NCBI GenBank assembly: GCA_965248265.1
Contig: CBDFJF010000001.1
Span: 1,472,001 to 1,536,000, forward strand
Direction of reading: 5' to 3'
Source: Candidatus Latescibacterota bacterium
GTDB lineage: Bacteria; Latescibacterota; UBA2968; UBA8231
Length of the DNA stretch: 64,000 nt
The notes under the pieces: model-generated
Seen by the model: the letters and a program-made list of their open reading frames with translations, nothing else
Database searches by the model: none
Told to the model about the DNA's origin: nothing
Shown here: positions 48,726 to 59,119 of the stretch, one piece after another
Numbering within the stretch: the first letter of the stretch is position 1
Layout: every line of letters starts with the position of its first letter
Translations under genes and position numbers: made by a program

Positions 48726-49646
48726 ATGAGCGACTGTCCGTTTGTGATGACCGAGGAAGAGAAGTACGTCTTCGACCTGCGCGGTTACCTCGTCGTGCAC
48801 GACGTCCTTTCGCAGGATGAGATCGAGGCTTGCAATGCGGCCATCGATCACTTCCGCGACGAGATGGTGTTCCTCGACAGGGGGAGCAAGCCTGGTGGAT
48901 CGACGCCGCTTGCTGCCGAAGAGGGCCGTGGCGAGATCTGGGGCATCCTTGGCTGGCCCGCCCCGTATCGCGATCCATTTCGCAAGCTGCTCATTCACCC
49001 TGTGGTGGTCTCACGCCTCAATGCGCTTTGCGGCAAGCGGTTCCGTCTGGACCACGGACCCTGGCTCATCACCGGCCGTAAGGGGACAGATGGACATCGG
49101 CTTCACGGCGGCGGTGAGCCCTTCAGCCCCGCGAACTGGTACCATCAACAAAACGGGGAGATCTGCTGTCGGGCGGTGACCGTGTCCTGGCAGCTCACGG
49201 ACGTGCCCGCCGGAGCCGGTGGATTCTGCTGCATCCCCGGTAGCCACAAGTCCTGCGAGCCGATGCCGGAAGATCTGCCCTCCCTCGACGATGATATGGG
49301 CCTCGTCCTGCAGCCAGAGGTAAGAGCCGGGGGCGTCATTTTTTTTGCCGAGAACACGACTCACGGCACCCTGCCCTGGAAGGCGGAGCACGAGCGGCGA
49401 TCTGTTCTCTACAAGTACACGGAACGGGCCAATGCTCGCGACGTCGGACCGTACTTCACTCCACAGGAGCGCCATGGTAACTGGGTCGACGAGCTGACGC
49501 CGGAGCAACAGGCGCTCCTCTACGGACCCGGGTTGCACACGGCAGGAAAACCACTCCCCTACATCGACTCGGATGGGGAAAAGGTCTGGATCACGAATGT
49601 CCGCAAGGGTCCGGACGTCCGCAAAGGGCCCGGCCCTCTAAACTGA
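48726..49646 (+). CDS. PhyH-family Fe/2OG enzyme with HxG motif
   Basis: FDLRGYL, LHGG, WQLTD, PGSHK, HGTLPW, RRS. Confidence 0.88.
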   Translation: MSDCPFVMTEEEKYVFDLRGYLVVHDVLSQDEIEACNAAIDHFRDEMVFLDRGSKPGGSTPLAAEEGRGEIWGILGWPAPYRDPFRKLLIHPVVVSRLNALCGKRFRLDHGPWLITGRKGTDGHRLHGGGEPFSPANWYHQQNGEICCRAVTVSWQLTDVPAGAGGFCCIPGSHKSCEPMPEDLPSLDDDMGLVLQPEVRAGGVIFFAENTTHGTLPWKAEHERRSVLYKYTERANARDVGPYFTPQERHGNWVDELTPEQQALLYGPGLHTAGKPLPYIDSDGEKVWITNVRKGPDVRKGPGPLN

Positions 49647-49657
49647 CTCGGAGCGTC

Positions 49658-50521
49658 ATGAACGAGAAAGAGAATTACTTCTGGGACCTCAACGGCTACC
49701 TGATCGTCCGCGACGTTCTCTCCCAGGAAGAGATAGACGAGACCAACCGGGCCCTCGATTTCGCCAAGCGCGGCGTTGAGGAACGGACCAAGGACACCGG
49801 GGGAGCCGATGCGCTCGGCGGAACGCAGGCGAGGTGGTACCTGACTGGCGAGAACCTGCTGCAGCTGCCGCACCCGCACTGCCGGCCTTTCCGCAAAATG
49901 CTGGCCCATCCCCAGATCGTGCATCACCTCGTATGCATGTGCGGCAAGGGGGTGCGCCTCGATCATGGTCCCCAGTTCAACAACGCGATCAAAGGCACAC
50001 AGGGTCTGCTCCTTCACGGGGCCGGCCATCCGCACCGTCCTGCCGTGGCCTATCACCATCAGAGCGGCGCTGGCTTCTGCAACGGCGTAACCGTCACCTG
50101 GAATCTGACGGACTGCCCCGCCGCCGGCGGCGGTTTCGCCTGCGTGCCGGGAAGCCACAAATCCAGATTCGAAATGCCCAGGGGCGTCCGGAACTGTGCC
50201 GACGACATGGGCACCGTCGTCCAACCCGAGATCCGCGCCGGCGACGTCCTCTTCTTCATGGATGGCGCCCAGACCCACGGCACTCATCCGTGGCGCAACA
50301 ACCACGAGCGCCGCTCCGTCCTGTTCAAGTACGCTGGGCGGACGGCTATCCGCGGTCACCTGGGATTCGCCCCTCCCGACAGATACTGGGAGAAGGAGAC
50401 CATCGAAGACATGTCGCCAGAAGAGCTCGCCGTGATGTGGGGGCCGTTCTCGGGCGATCAATCGAGGGTACCAGCCCTCGTCTGCGAGGAAGACGGCGCC
50501 GTGCACGTCGAAGGGGGCTGA
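49658..50521 (+). CDS. PhyH-family Fe/2OG enzyme with HxA motif
   Basis: WDLNGYL, LHGA, WNLTD, PGSHK, HGTHPW, RRS. Confidence 0.88.
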   Translation: MNEKENYFWDLNGYLIVRDVLSQEEIDETNRALDFAKRGVEERTKDTGGADALGGTQARWYLTGENLLQLPHPHCRPFRKMLAHPQIVHHLVCMCGKGVRLDHGPQFNNAIKGTQGLLLHGAGHPHRPAVAYHHQSGAGFCNGVTVTWNLTDCPAAGGGFACVPGSHKSRFEMPRGVRNCADDMGTVVQPEIRAGDVLFFMDGAQTHGTHPWRNNHERRSVLFKYAGRTAIRGHLGFAPPDRYWEKETIEDMSPEELAVMWGPFSGDQSRVPALVCEEDGAVHVEGG

Positions 50522-50576
50522 GCCTGTGCGCGATAATACCCAGCCGAACCTGTTGTCGACAACACGAGGAAATGCC

Positions 50577-51716
50577 ATGACCGAACAACCTCTGTACCGA
50601 GTTGGCCTGATCGGCTGCGGCCGCAAGGGAACCGTGCACGCCCGTTCCTATGATCTGGATCCGCGTGCCGCCGTCGTCGCCGGCGCCGACACCGACCAGG
50701 AAAACCTCGACCTCTTCTGCGAGCGCTTCAATGTACCGGGTTACAGCAGCTATGAGGAGATGATCAAAAAGGAAAGCATCGATATCGCCTTACCGATCCT
50801 GCCAGTGGCACCCAATCCAGAGATCGTCATCCGCTGTGCACAATTGGGGGTAAAGGGAATCGGCTGTGAGAAGCCGATGGCTGCTTCGCTGGCTCAGGCC
50901 GATGAGATGGTAGCTCAGTGCCGCGCTCACGACGCCGTGCTGGCCGTCGGAGATCTGGACGTCAACCTGCCCCACTATGCCAGGGCCCGAGAGGTCATCG
51001 ATTCAGGCCTGATCGGTGAAGTGCGGACCATCAGCTTCATGATGGGCAGCGGCGCGCAGCTGTCTGGCGGCCACATCCAGCAGTTCAGCCTTGTCCGCTA
51101 CTTTGCCCGGGGCGCGGACGTCGCCTGGGTCATCGGCTGGGTCAGTGGCGATCCACAGAGCGACTACGACCAGGGCGGCGCCGGCTACATCCGCTTCGTC
51201 AACGGTGTCGAGGCTTTCTCCGACCGGCGAGATACCGCCCGTTATGGCTTTGAGGTTCGTTGCACTGAAGGCACTGTCGTCAGCGATTACCGCCACGTCC
51301 ACATATGGAAGATGTGCGCGGATGAGGGTCCGACCAAAAGAGAGTTCGAACGCGTCGAGGGCGTCGTCCCTGAGGCCGAGCTTTACGAAGGCAGCAAGAC
51401 CTACGATGCGGAGGGCTGGCGGGTTTTCCCCCGAAACAACGCCACGGCGCGAAACCTCATCGACTCCCTCGACAACGGCACGGAGCCACCCGCCAGCGGC
51501 GACAACGGCCGCAAAGCCCTGGAGATCGGCATCGCCTTACGCGAATCTCACCGTCGCGGCCACGTTCCGGTGAGCTGTCCCCTGCCCGACCGCAGCATGC
51601 GCATCGTCCCCAGCGATTCGCGCAACTTCAACAAAAAGCAGACCCGTGATCGCGAAGCCTACATGACCGGATTGCGGGCACAGAAGGTGGACCCGGCAAC
51701 ACTCGAGCAGAAGTAG
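50577..51716 (+). CDS. Gfo/Idh/MocA family oxidoreductase
   Basis: VGLIGCG, CEKPMA. Confidence 0.88.
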   Translation: MTEQPLYRVGLIGCGRKGTVHARSYDLDPRAAVVAGADTDQENLDLFCERFNVPGYSSYEEMIKKESIDIALPILPVAPNPEIVIRCAQLGVKGIGCEKPMAASLAQADEMVAQCRAHDAVLAVGDLDVNLPHYARAREVIDSGLIGEVRTISFMMGSGAQLSGGHIQQFSLVRYFARGADVAWVIGWVSGDPQSDYDQGGAGYIRFVNGVEAFSDRRDTARYGFEVRCTEGTVVSDYRHVHIWKMCADEGPTKREFERVEGVVPEAELYEGSKTYDAEGWRVFPRNNATARNLIDSLDNGTEPPASGDNGRKALEIGIALRESHRRGHVPVSCPLPDRSMRIVPSDSRNFNKKQTRDREAYMTGLRAQKVDPATLEQK

Positions 51717-51726
51717 AGGCGAAAGG

Positions 51727-52110
51727 GTGACCTTCCCCGACTCTCAGCTTCAGAGTGTGATCGAAGACTTCAACGGCGGCATCGGCGTCTACGTGAAGGA
51801 CCTGCCAACTCAGGAAACCTGGGAGCATGCGGCCGACCAGCGATTCACCAATGCCAGCGTCTGCAAGGTCGCGGTCATGATCGAACTCTTCAGACGTGCC
51901 CAGAAGGGATCACTGTCCCTGCTCGACCGCCATCGGCTCGAGCAACCGCCACCGCCGTTGGGTTGGCCCAATCTGAGTTTTATGGAGGACGAACCGGAAC
52001 TGTCGCTGGGTGACTACTGCAGGATAATGATCAACCGCAGCGACAACGCCGCCGCCGATTACCTCATCAGACTACTCACGCCGGCCCGGATTAGCGAGGA
52101 GAGTGTGTAG
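51727..52110 (+). pseudogene. Class A beta-lactamase-like serine hydrolase, 3'-truncated
   Basis: ASVCK (SxxK) and SDN present; no KTG half; only 127 aa. Confidence 0.75.
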
Positions 52111-52238
52111 AGAGCGAACTGACAGTTGTCCGCCGGGCCAACCACCTCCGCCCTACCGGTCAGAATCTCGGCCACCAGAGGCTGGTAGCTCATCCTGATT
52201 GAGTCACCCAGAAGTAGAACCTTCGGTAGATCGTTCAT
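52059..52238 (-). pseudogene. SGNH/GDSL hydrolase N-terminal remnant
   Basis: MNDLPKVLLLGDSIRMSYQP...NCQF; ATGA-coupled to the sulfotransferase; runs into the opposite-strand gene. Confidence 0.72.
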
Positions 52239-52954
52239 CGCTCGCTCTTGTACCCCTGTTCTTCCATCGGTTGATTGAGAAAGTCAAAATGACGCTGCTC
52301 CGGATCCGCTTTCCATCGTCCGACTGAATCCTCCCGGACGACGATACGTGCCAACTGGAATCCAAGAAATTCTTCCAGTCGCTGCAGGGTCTCCTCCTGC
52401 TTAAGCACGAAATCCTCGAAGCGGACGGTGATGACGTTAGCGGGTTCGGGTGTCGCTTTCATTATCTGGTACTGGTAATACCACGATATAGCTCGCTGCT
52501 CGCGGATGTCATCGGTTTCGGGGTAGGAGATCCCGAAATCACGCAGATCGTCTGTCGTGTGACCGCTCAAGATGCTGTCGCGGGGGTCGCGAATCCACTG
52601 AATGAATTTTGCCTCGGGGAACCTGCGTGCTATCCACGGGTAGGCAAGGGTCGTTTCCGGAATTTTCCACCCCTTGTGTTCCGCATCGTCGCTGAGTGTA
52701 CCCCCGAGGTACCCTTCGATGAGCGACTCGAATCGTGGGTCGATGCGGCCATCGAGAAGTTCGGAGAAATCCCACAACAGCTTCCCTTGCCATTTTACGT
52801 ACTCAGCCACAACGCGACAGGCCTCGTACATCTGCGCGGGGGGAACCAGATCGCCGGAGCGATTCAAAAGACGGCCCATGTACACATCACTGGCGTACAG
52901 GGTTTGGGAGATGGCTCGGGTGCCGGAGTGGCCTCGCCCGATGACGATTATCAT
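52235..52954 (-). CDS. Sulfotransferase family protein
   Basis: GRGHSGT (5'PSB), GWKIP, RDPRD..LS (3'PB), RFEDF. Confidence 0.88.
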   Translation of the reverse strand: MIIVIGRGHSGTRAISQTLYASDVYMGRLLNRSGDLVPPAQMYEACRVVAEYVKWQGKLLWDFSELLDGRIDPRFESLIEGYLGGTLSDDAEHKGWKIPETTLAYPWIARRFPEAKFIQWIRDPRDSILSGHTTDDLRDFGISYPETDDIREQRAISWYYQYQIMKATPEPANVITVRFEDFVLKQEETLQRLEEFLGFQLARIVVREDSVGRWKADPEQRHFDFLNQPMEEQGYKSER

Positions 52955-53491
52955 TCAGGAGCCGGCTTGCAGTTCGGATCGGACGAACTCCATGATACGC
53001 TCGAGATCACCGCACACCGGAACCTCATCTGCCAGGCCAGGAATCTCATCACGTGAATCCAGATAGCAGACCACCGGCCGCCGATAAGACACCGCCAGCG
53101 CGACCTCGCTGCTGGTGCCGGCGCTCCCGGGAAGCGCAATGACAACGTCCGAGCTCAGCACATTGATGTGATTGCGGGACAGGACTTCCTCCCCCTGCTT
53201 GCCGCTGAAGACCAGATGGGTGTAAATGGGAATCTCCACCCAGGGGTTGGGATAGCCGGCCTTGGAGCGGGCCGATCCCTCCTCTCCCGGGAGGACACCG
53301 ATGACATGGCCGCGCCGATCGTCCACCTCGCTGAAGGCGCGGCTGACCGCCGTCATCACCCCTCTGCCCCCACCGGTCAGCAGGTGCACTCCTTCGTGAG
53401 CCAGCCAGCGCCCGAGAAGTTGGGCCTTCTCCTCATGAGGATCCCTGCCGGAGCCCATGACACCAATTACTGGAAGCTTCTCTATCGCCAA
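52955..53491 (-). CDS. LOG-family / Moco-carrier-like Rossmann-fold protein
   Basis: GVMGSG, TGGGRGVM, SRN, PGSAGTSSE. Confidence 0.85.
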   Translation of the reverse strand: MAIEKLPVIGVMGSGRDPHEEKAQLLGRWLAHEGVHLLTGGGRGVMTAVSRAFSEVDDRRGHVIGVLPGEEGSARSKAGYPNPWVEIPIYTHLVFSGKQGEEVLSRNHINVLSSDVVIALPGSAGTSSEVALAVSYRRPVVCYLDSRDEIPGLADEVPVCGDLERIMEFVRSELQAGS

Positions 53492-53501
53492 CGCTCTACC
53501 C

Positions 53502-53640
53502 TCATGCTCCCACCAACTCCTTCAGCCTGGTGGGATGCCATGTAAGCACCACATCCGCTCCTGCCTTGCAGGCTTCGTGCGCTGCATCTACATCAAGAGC
53601 TACGGCAGCTCCGGACACGAACATCCGCTTCCCACCACGA
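53502..53640 (-). pseudogene. C-terminal remnant, possibly of a glycerophosphodiester phosphodiesterase
   Basis: AGADVVLTWHPTRLKELV resembles the GDPD terminal G.D.I.TD.P motif. Confidence 0.35.
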
Positions 53641-53664
53641 CCGGGCGTGAGTGCGGGGATTCCA

Positions 53665-54455
53665 TCAGATCGGCACATACGGTTTCTCAAGGAACTGGAG
53701 CTGTCCCGTGACCTTGCCCGTCTGTCCTGGCTCGAGCGTGCCGAAGCAACTCCCATGTCGGTACACGGCCAGTGGCTCCAACCCAGGATGATGGCATTCG
53801 GAGAGCTCAGCTGAATGAACTACTGACAACTGCTGTGAGCCCGCCACGCACGCACAGCCCCCTGAGCGGCCTGGATGTGTGGCTGCCACCGATTCCCCTG
53901 GTTCTGCCCAATGCGCTCTGCCATCGCTGCATGCTCGGCCACCGGACACCACTTCAGCCATCGCTCGAATGGCGCGTCAAGCGAGTTCACGGGCACCCAC
54001 TCCTTGCCAGGGTCACCGACGGGCAGTTCACAATTTGCCTGAAAAGCCCGGCTCCAGCGGTGAATGAGACACAACCACGCCCAGCAGTCGAACCATGTTT
54101 CGCTGGATTGATTGGTTACATCGATCTCAAAGGTCAGACCATCCTCCCCGCTACGAACCCGACAACCGCACGTCCCATCGGCGTTGCCCTCGGCCGCGGC
54201 CACCGGGCTGTCAGCGTATGACACCACGCCGGCACCGCCATCATTCCATTGGACATTGGGCTGATACCCAAACTGACGCGAAGCGTTACCGAAGAATTCC
54301 GTCAACCGAATTGCCCATAGCAACTCGCTGTAGTTCGGGTGTTCGACGATGAGCGTTGGAAGTCTCACATCCGCATCCAACTCGGCAGGTATATCGGACC
54401 GATGCTGACGGAACGATTCAAACGGCGTCACACGGATCATCGTGTCCTCAGTCAC
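53665..54455 (-). pseudogene. Hypothetical protein with a premature TAG (53820) and a frameshift
   Basis: Reading continues FIQLSSPNAIILGWSHWPCTDMG after the TAG, then shifts to FGTLEPGQTGKVTGQLQF. Confidence 0.6.
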
Positions 54456-54458
54456 CGG

Positions 54459-54758
54459 CTAGCTCTTCGGCATTTCGCAAATTTCGACGGTCCCACCATG
54501 AACGACGGTAGGATGCTGCTTCAGCAGGTCAGTCAATTCATCCAGGCTCTCAGCGTCAAAACGCATGTAGCCGCCTATGTTCTGTGTGATATCGGGGACC
54601 TCGCTGTTGCCGATGGTCGTTCGCTGCCCGATGGCGCTGCCGCCTCGGAACAGGCCACTCTCTTTGGCGAGATCAAAAAATCGGTCCCAATCTTCCTCTG
54701 TCCCGCTCGTGGCGCCGGGATCCTTGTTCCCGTGCATGAATGTGATGTACTCCATCAT
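54459..54758 (-). CDS. YciI-like protein
   Basis: FRGGSAIG, IGGYM, HP...GG.VEI. Confidence 0.75.
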   Translation of the reverse strand: MMEYITFMHGNKDPGATSGTEEDWDRFFDLAKESGLFRGGSAIGQRTTIGNSEVPDITQNIGGYMRFDAESLDELTDLLKQHPTVVHGGTVEICEMPKS

Positions 54759-54863
54759 CGGCTCCTTTTTTGGCTATTACCCTGTTCCAGATTCTGCCTG
54801 ATGAATGTATTTCAATCGACGCTTGTGCAGTAGAATGTCCTCACGCAACCGAGACTCCGCATC

Positions 54864-55376
54864 CTATCCGGACGAGCAAGCCAGTCCGTAAAGGTCCTCA
54901 AGAATGTGTCGAGCGGAATCCTCTCCACTGAGATCGTTCCACTCGTGTGGGTCGTCTTCGAGATCGAACAACAGGGGCGGCAGGTCCAGCGCAAACCAGG
55001 CTTTCCAGCGTCCACGACGGATCATCCGCATCGGCACACGAGTCCCATCACAGGCGTAATGCATGCGGCCACTGATCGATGTGGTATAGCCCGCCTTCCG
55101 CAGCACGTGCGCCCACGTCGGCATGTCCGACCGCAACGGAGTTCCCAGCTACCACACGCCATGCTCAGGCGTCAGCTGACCTGTCATGAAACTTGCCCGG
55201 GAAGGGCTGCACATCGGGTAGCAGCAGTAGGCGTTGCGGAAGGAAACGCCAGCTGCCATGAGTCGATCCAGGGCGGGAGTCTGTACAGCAGGATGTCCCA
55301 TGCCCCCAATGCTGTCCGGGGCGTGTTGATCGGACATGATTGTGAGAAAATTGGGTTTCTCAGACGTAGCTGTCAT
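54864..55376 (-). pseudogene. Sulfatase (choline-sulfatase-like) remnant
   Basis: PNFL.IMSDQH, CSPSRAS..TG, in-frame TAG at 55149, GRMH joined directly to C-terminal MIRRGRWK...LFDL..DPHE. Confidence 0.85.
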
Positions 55377-55771
55377 GCTTCGTGGTGCTGCCCGAACGCG
55401 ATGATATGACCGTCCGGATCGCGAACCGCGAACTCCTTCATGTCGTATTCCTCTTGTACACACGGCTCGTATTCGATCACGGCCCCATTGTCCCGGCACT
55501 GCGCGAACAGGGCATCGGCGTCGTTGATCCAGACATAGGCATCCCAGAAACCGCCCTGGTCGCGGTTGGTGGCTACCGCGTCTTCTCCTCCGGCCTGCTT
55601 CAGCATGAAGGTAAATCCGTCGCGGGACGGCATGGCAAACTCTGGCGGATCCCCCCACTGCGGAGGCATGTCAAAGCCCAGGGAACTGTGGTAATACTCC
55701 AGGGATTCCTTGAGATTGCGTACCACGAAATACGGGGCGGTGCCTCTAAACTGTTTTTCTTCGGAGGACAT
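55373..55771 (-). CDS. VOC / glyoxalase family protein
   Basis: YY..SLGF, EFAVRDPDGH. Confidence 0.88.
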   Translation of the reverse strand: MSSEEKQFRGTAPYFVVRNLKESLEYYHSSLGFDMPPQWGDPPEFAMPSRDGFTFMLKQAGGEDAVATNRDQGGFWDAYVWINDADALFAQCRDNGAVIEYEPCVQEEYDMKEFAVRDPDGHIIAFGQHHEA

Positions 55772-55795
55772 AACTGCTTTCCCTTTTTGAAGGTG

Positions 55796-55981
55796 TCAAC
55801 GTCCGAACCTGCGCCAGACATTGAAGATCACGTATCGGATTCCTACGGCGACAACCAGCACCGCGATGATATCACCCCACTGGCCCAGGTCCAACCATCC
55901 GATCAAGAACAGACAGCCGCCAAAGACCAGGGCCGTGGTGATGCCGATGAGCAAACCCAGTACGACGCGTGGCAATGGCAA
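55796..55981 (-). CDS. Small two-TM membrane protein
   Basis: Two hydrophobic helices; fits the gap in a co-oriented gene run. Confidence 0.5.
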   Translation of the reverse strand: MPLPRVVLGLLIGITTALVFGGCLFLIGWLDLGQWGDIIAVLVVAVGIRYVIFNVWRRFGR

Positions 55982-55987
55982 ACCGCG

Positions 55988-56338
55988 TCAGTTGCGCTGC
56001 GGCGGGCGATCATGCCTGGCTTCGTATAATCCGATAGTCCCGCCACCCGGCAGTGTGAAGGAGGTGCTGAGCCCCCATCCTTCGTCGACGATTGGCACAC
56101 ACACGCAGCCGGCTTCCGTCAACGTTTCGACCTGGGCCTCGACATCATCGCACATCAGATAGGCTTCTTGCTTGCTGCCCTCAGCCGCTGGATGAAAAGC
56201 CATTTCTGCGGGGGGTGCGGCGAAAATCAGCCATCCGTCACCGACGTCAATGTTGGGAAACTTCAAGACACTCTTGAAAAACTCGCGATCCTTTTCAGCG
56301 TCCGTGCTGTAAATGACTACATGAAGACCATTAATCAT
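55988..56338 (-). CDS. VOC family protein
   Basis: MINGLHVVIYS, GWLIF, LPGGG.IGLYE; GGAGG RBS. Confidence 0.85.
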   Translation of the reverse strand: MINGLHVVIYSTDAEKDREFFKSVLKFPNIDVGDGWLIFAAPPAEMAFHPAAEGSKQEAYLMCDDVEAQVETLTEAGCVCVPIVDEGWGLSTSFTLPGGGTIGLYEARHDRPPQRN

Positions 56339-56402
56339 GTTTGACCGCCTCCATTGTTTCGTCTCCATGGCAAGCACCCCATCCAGCTTCATGCCGCCAC
56401 GG

Positions 56403-57392
56403 TCAGCTCTCATGAGGCACAACCACGACCATCTTTCCGCCCGCGGTATTGGCATCCATCATGGCGTGAGCATCACGCAGCTGCTCGAACTCCCAGACAG
56501 GACCGCGCTGGACGGCCAATTCCCCGGTCTCGACCAGATCGACGTAGCGCTGCAGTTCCTCAACGGTGATGTCGTCAGCGCCCCCGGAATAGCTGGTAAG
56601 GCGCACGCCGGAAGGAATCTGCTCCATCGGCCGAAAACGCTCGAACTCCCACGCACCTCCGAGAATTCCTGTCATGCATACCACACCTCCGGGACGGACA
56701 CACTGCATCGAGTCGAGAAGGGTCGTGGCGCCAATGAGATCGAGGGCATGGTCGAGGCCTCCTGGGTAGTGGCGCCGGACCTCGTCCACCAACGTTCCGG
56801 AATCGACGAACACATGGTCCGCACCTGCCGCCATCAGGAATTCACGCTTGGCTTCACTTCGACTGGTAGTCACGACTCCCATGCCGGAAGCCTTGGCCAA
56901 AGCGAGGGTTGCAAGGCCGATGGACGACGTGCCGCCCCGGACAAGAATCGTGTCGCCAGGTTTAGCTCCAAGCCCCACATGCAGAGAGCCGTGTGTTGTC
57001 TGGAGCATCTCCGGCAGCACGCCCAGATCCGCCCAATCCAGTGAGGTCTGGAGCGAAAACACATTGAGGACCGGTGCACAGGTCAACTCAGCGTAGGAGC
57101 CATCGAATTCGCGGCCCATCCCGCCCATCATCGCCGCGACCCGCTGACCCTTCTCATACTCGCCGCCTGGGGCAGACTCGACCTCACCGACGCATTCGAT
57201 GCCGAGCACACGGGGCAGCTTGACCGAAGGCGAATCGCCGATGCGCGTGAACCACTCTGAGCGGTTCAAACCGAAAGCGCGCACTCGAATCAGCACCTGT
57301 CCGGCGACAGGGTCGGGCACCGGAAGTTGACGAAGTTGAAAGGCCTCTGGACCACCCGGGGCATCGAGGACCCAGGCACTCATCGTTTTCAT
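56403..57392 (-). CDS. MDR family NADPH:quinone oxidoreductase-like protein
   Basis: AFGLNRSE, VLGIE.VG, GGTSSIG, GKMVV. Confidence 0.9.
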   Translation of the reverse strand: MKTMSAWVLDAPGGPEAFQLRQLPVPDPVAGQVLIRVRAFGLNRSEWFTRIGDSPSVKLPRVLGIECVGEVESAPGGEYEKGQRVAAMMGGMGREFDGSYAELTCAPVLNVFSLQTSLDWADLGVLPEMLQTTHGSLHVGLGAKPGDTILVRGGTSSIGLATLALAKASGMGVVTTSRSEAKREFLMAAGADHVFVDSGTLVDEVRRHYPGGLDHALDLIGATTLLDSMQCVRPGGVVCMTGILGGAWEFERFRPMEQIPSGVRLTSYSGGADDITVEELQRYVDLVETGELAVQRGPVWEFEQLRDAHAMMDANTAGGKMVVVVPHES

Positions 57393-59119
57393 CTCATCGC
57401 CAGTCGAAACGCTGCCATCTCTTCGCCGTTGCGAACCAGCAGAACGTCGCCGGCCAGCACCGGGTGATTCCAGGTCTTGCCTTTGATTGCCGGGAACCGC
57501 GCGAGCTCTGTGAATTGATCGGGGGTGGCGCTGACCAGAGCCAACTCCCCTTTCTCCGACAACACCAGCAGCAGATCCTGGTCGGCCAACAGGAGGAGCT
57601 GGCCATAACCGTAGCGTCCACCCTTCCACTTGCGTTTGCCGTCCTCGACATCGATGCATGCCAGAATGCTGCCGTCGAAGCCGAAGGCATGGCCCTGGTG
57701 AACGACGAAGTCGTTGAAGTAGGGCTTCAACCGAATCGAGGTCCAGCGCTCTTCGATGGTCCATCCCTTTGGTCCGGACGCTACCGCGATGCGGCGAATG
57801 CCGGTTCCGCCAGTTCCCTCACCGGCGCTGATCAGAAGATCACCGTCCGCGATCAGGGCCGGTTGCACGATGCGGGTGTCGCCCGGCCACGAGTGCTCCC
57901 AGAGCAGGGTGCCGTCATCCGGCAAGACGCTGATAGCGCCGGCTCCGCTCATAAAAAGAACCTGAGCGACTCCGTCGATCGTCAACGAATGGGGTGAGCT
58001 GTAACCATCGCCACCGTCCGGCCCGAACCAGCGCGGAGTGCCAGTAGCGAGATCGTAGCCGGCGAGCTTGCCGGCAGCAGCGACGATGATGACGTCATCG
58101 ACTACCAGCGGCGAACCAGCAAGGGCCCAACCTGGAATCTCTACTCCGGAATCGGATGCTGCGTTGCGCGACCACACCACGGCACCATCGTCAGCGTCGA
58201 GGACGTTCAAAATTCCGGTCGCACCAAAGGTGTAGACCCGACCCCCGCTAACGGTAGGCGTCGCGCGCGGACCTGCGCCGGCATTCGCCTCCCAGAACCG
58301 GGCAGCATCACCATGCCTCCACACCGGCTCGCCGGTGATCACACTATAGCAGGCGACGACTTCTTCCTCCCCCCGCTGCTCCTGGGTGTAGAGCAGGTCG
58401 CCGCGAATCGCGAACGAGGACCAGCCGGGACCGATTGGCCGACGCCACAGTTCGACTGGCGGCGACTCAGTCCAGTCTGTCGTGATCCGGACACCGCGGA
58501 TGATGCTGTCGCGGTCGGGTCCGCGAAAGCCGGGCCAGACGACAACCATCTCCGTTGATTCCTCAGCCGACCGAAGCCCCGTTGGCTCGTCGCCGGCCTG
58601 AGCCAGCAACCGCTCCTCGGGAGTCTGCGCCCATCGCCACGCGAAGTCGTTGTCCATGTCTCCGGTAAATCCACCGGTCCGCACCAGCGTCCACATGCCG
58701 CACGCGAGCAGGATGGTGGCCACCATTGCAGCGCGCCGCGGTCCGTCAGCGAGCCGACGGCTGGCTACCGCCCAGACGACGAAGGCCAGGCTCAGCACCG
58801 GAATGGCGTAAACGGCCAACATCATGCCCATCATCGCCGTCGCGATCGACTCGTCGACAAGATAGGAGGTCGCGACAAACGCGACGATCATCAGGGCGAC
58901 GGCAACCCAGCGTTCGCGTCCAGGCGCCCGGCTGAAAAAGCCCCACCATACGATGACAGCCAGCCCGCAGAAGAGCCCACCCATTACCCCGATGGTCAGG
59001 GCCTCGGGCACGATGATTGGAACGACAAACCTGAGCAACCATTGCAACACCACGATGACTACACCGGGCCACAGCCGGAGTGGTTGTCGAGTCGGTTCTT
59101 TGTTGTGCGCGTTATTCAT
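57389..59119 (-). CDS. Membrane-anchored PQQ-like beta-propeller protein
   Basis: Several N-terminal TM helices; WPGFRGP.RD, GPRATP, YSSP, TWNHP. Confidence 0.88.
   Translation of the reverse strand: MNNAHNKEPTRQPLRLWPGVVIVVLQWLLRFVVPIIVPEALTIGVMGGLFCGLAVIVWWGFFSRAPGRERWVAVALMIVAFVATSYLVDESIATAMMGMMLAVYAIPVLSLAFVVWAVASRRLADGPRRAAMVATILLACGMWTLVRTGGFTGDMDNDFAWRWAQTPEERLLAQAGDEPTGLRSAEESTEMVVVWPGFRGPDRDSIIRGVRITTDWTESPPVELWRRPIGPGWSSFAIRGDLLYTQEQRGEEEVVACYSVITGEPVWRHGDAARFWEANAGAGPRATPTVSGGRVYTFGATGILNVLDADDGAVVWSRNAASDSGVEIPGWALAGSPLVVDDVIIVAAAGKLAGYDLATGTPRWFGPDGGDGYSSPHSLTIDGVAQVLFMSGAGAISVLPDDGTLLWEHSWPGDTRIVQPALIADGDLLISAGEGTGGTGIRRIAVASGPKGWTIEERWTSIRLKPYFNDFVVHQGHAFGFDGSILACIDVEDGKRKWKGGRYGYGQLLLLADQDLLLVLSEKGELALVSATPDQFTELARFPAIKGKTWNHPVLAGDVLLVRNGEEMAAFRLAMR

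Noticed and set aside
49599-49637. VRKGP duplication at the PhyH C-terminus
   Set aside because: Short imperfect duplication in a terminal tail; no functional inference possible
53502-53624. NIF3-like motif (ALD...GADVVLTWHP)
   Set aside because: In NIF3 this motif is N-terminal, whereas here it ends at a stop; better read as a C-terminal remnant
53820-55151. In-frame TAGs at 53820 and 55149 as pyrrolysine or recoding
   Set aside because: Both genes carry other lesions, and many intact genes here end in TAG
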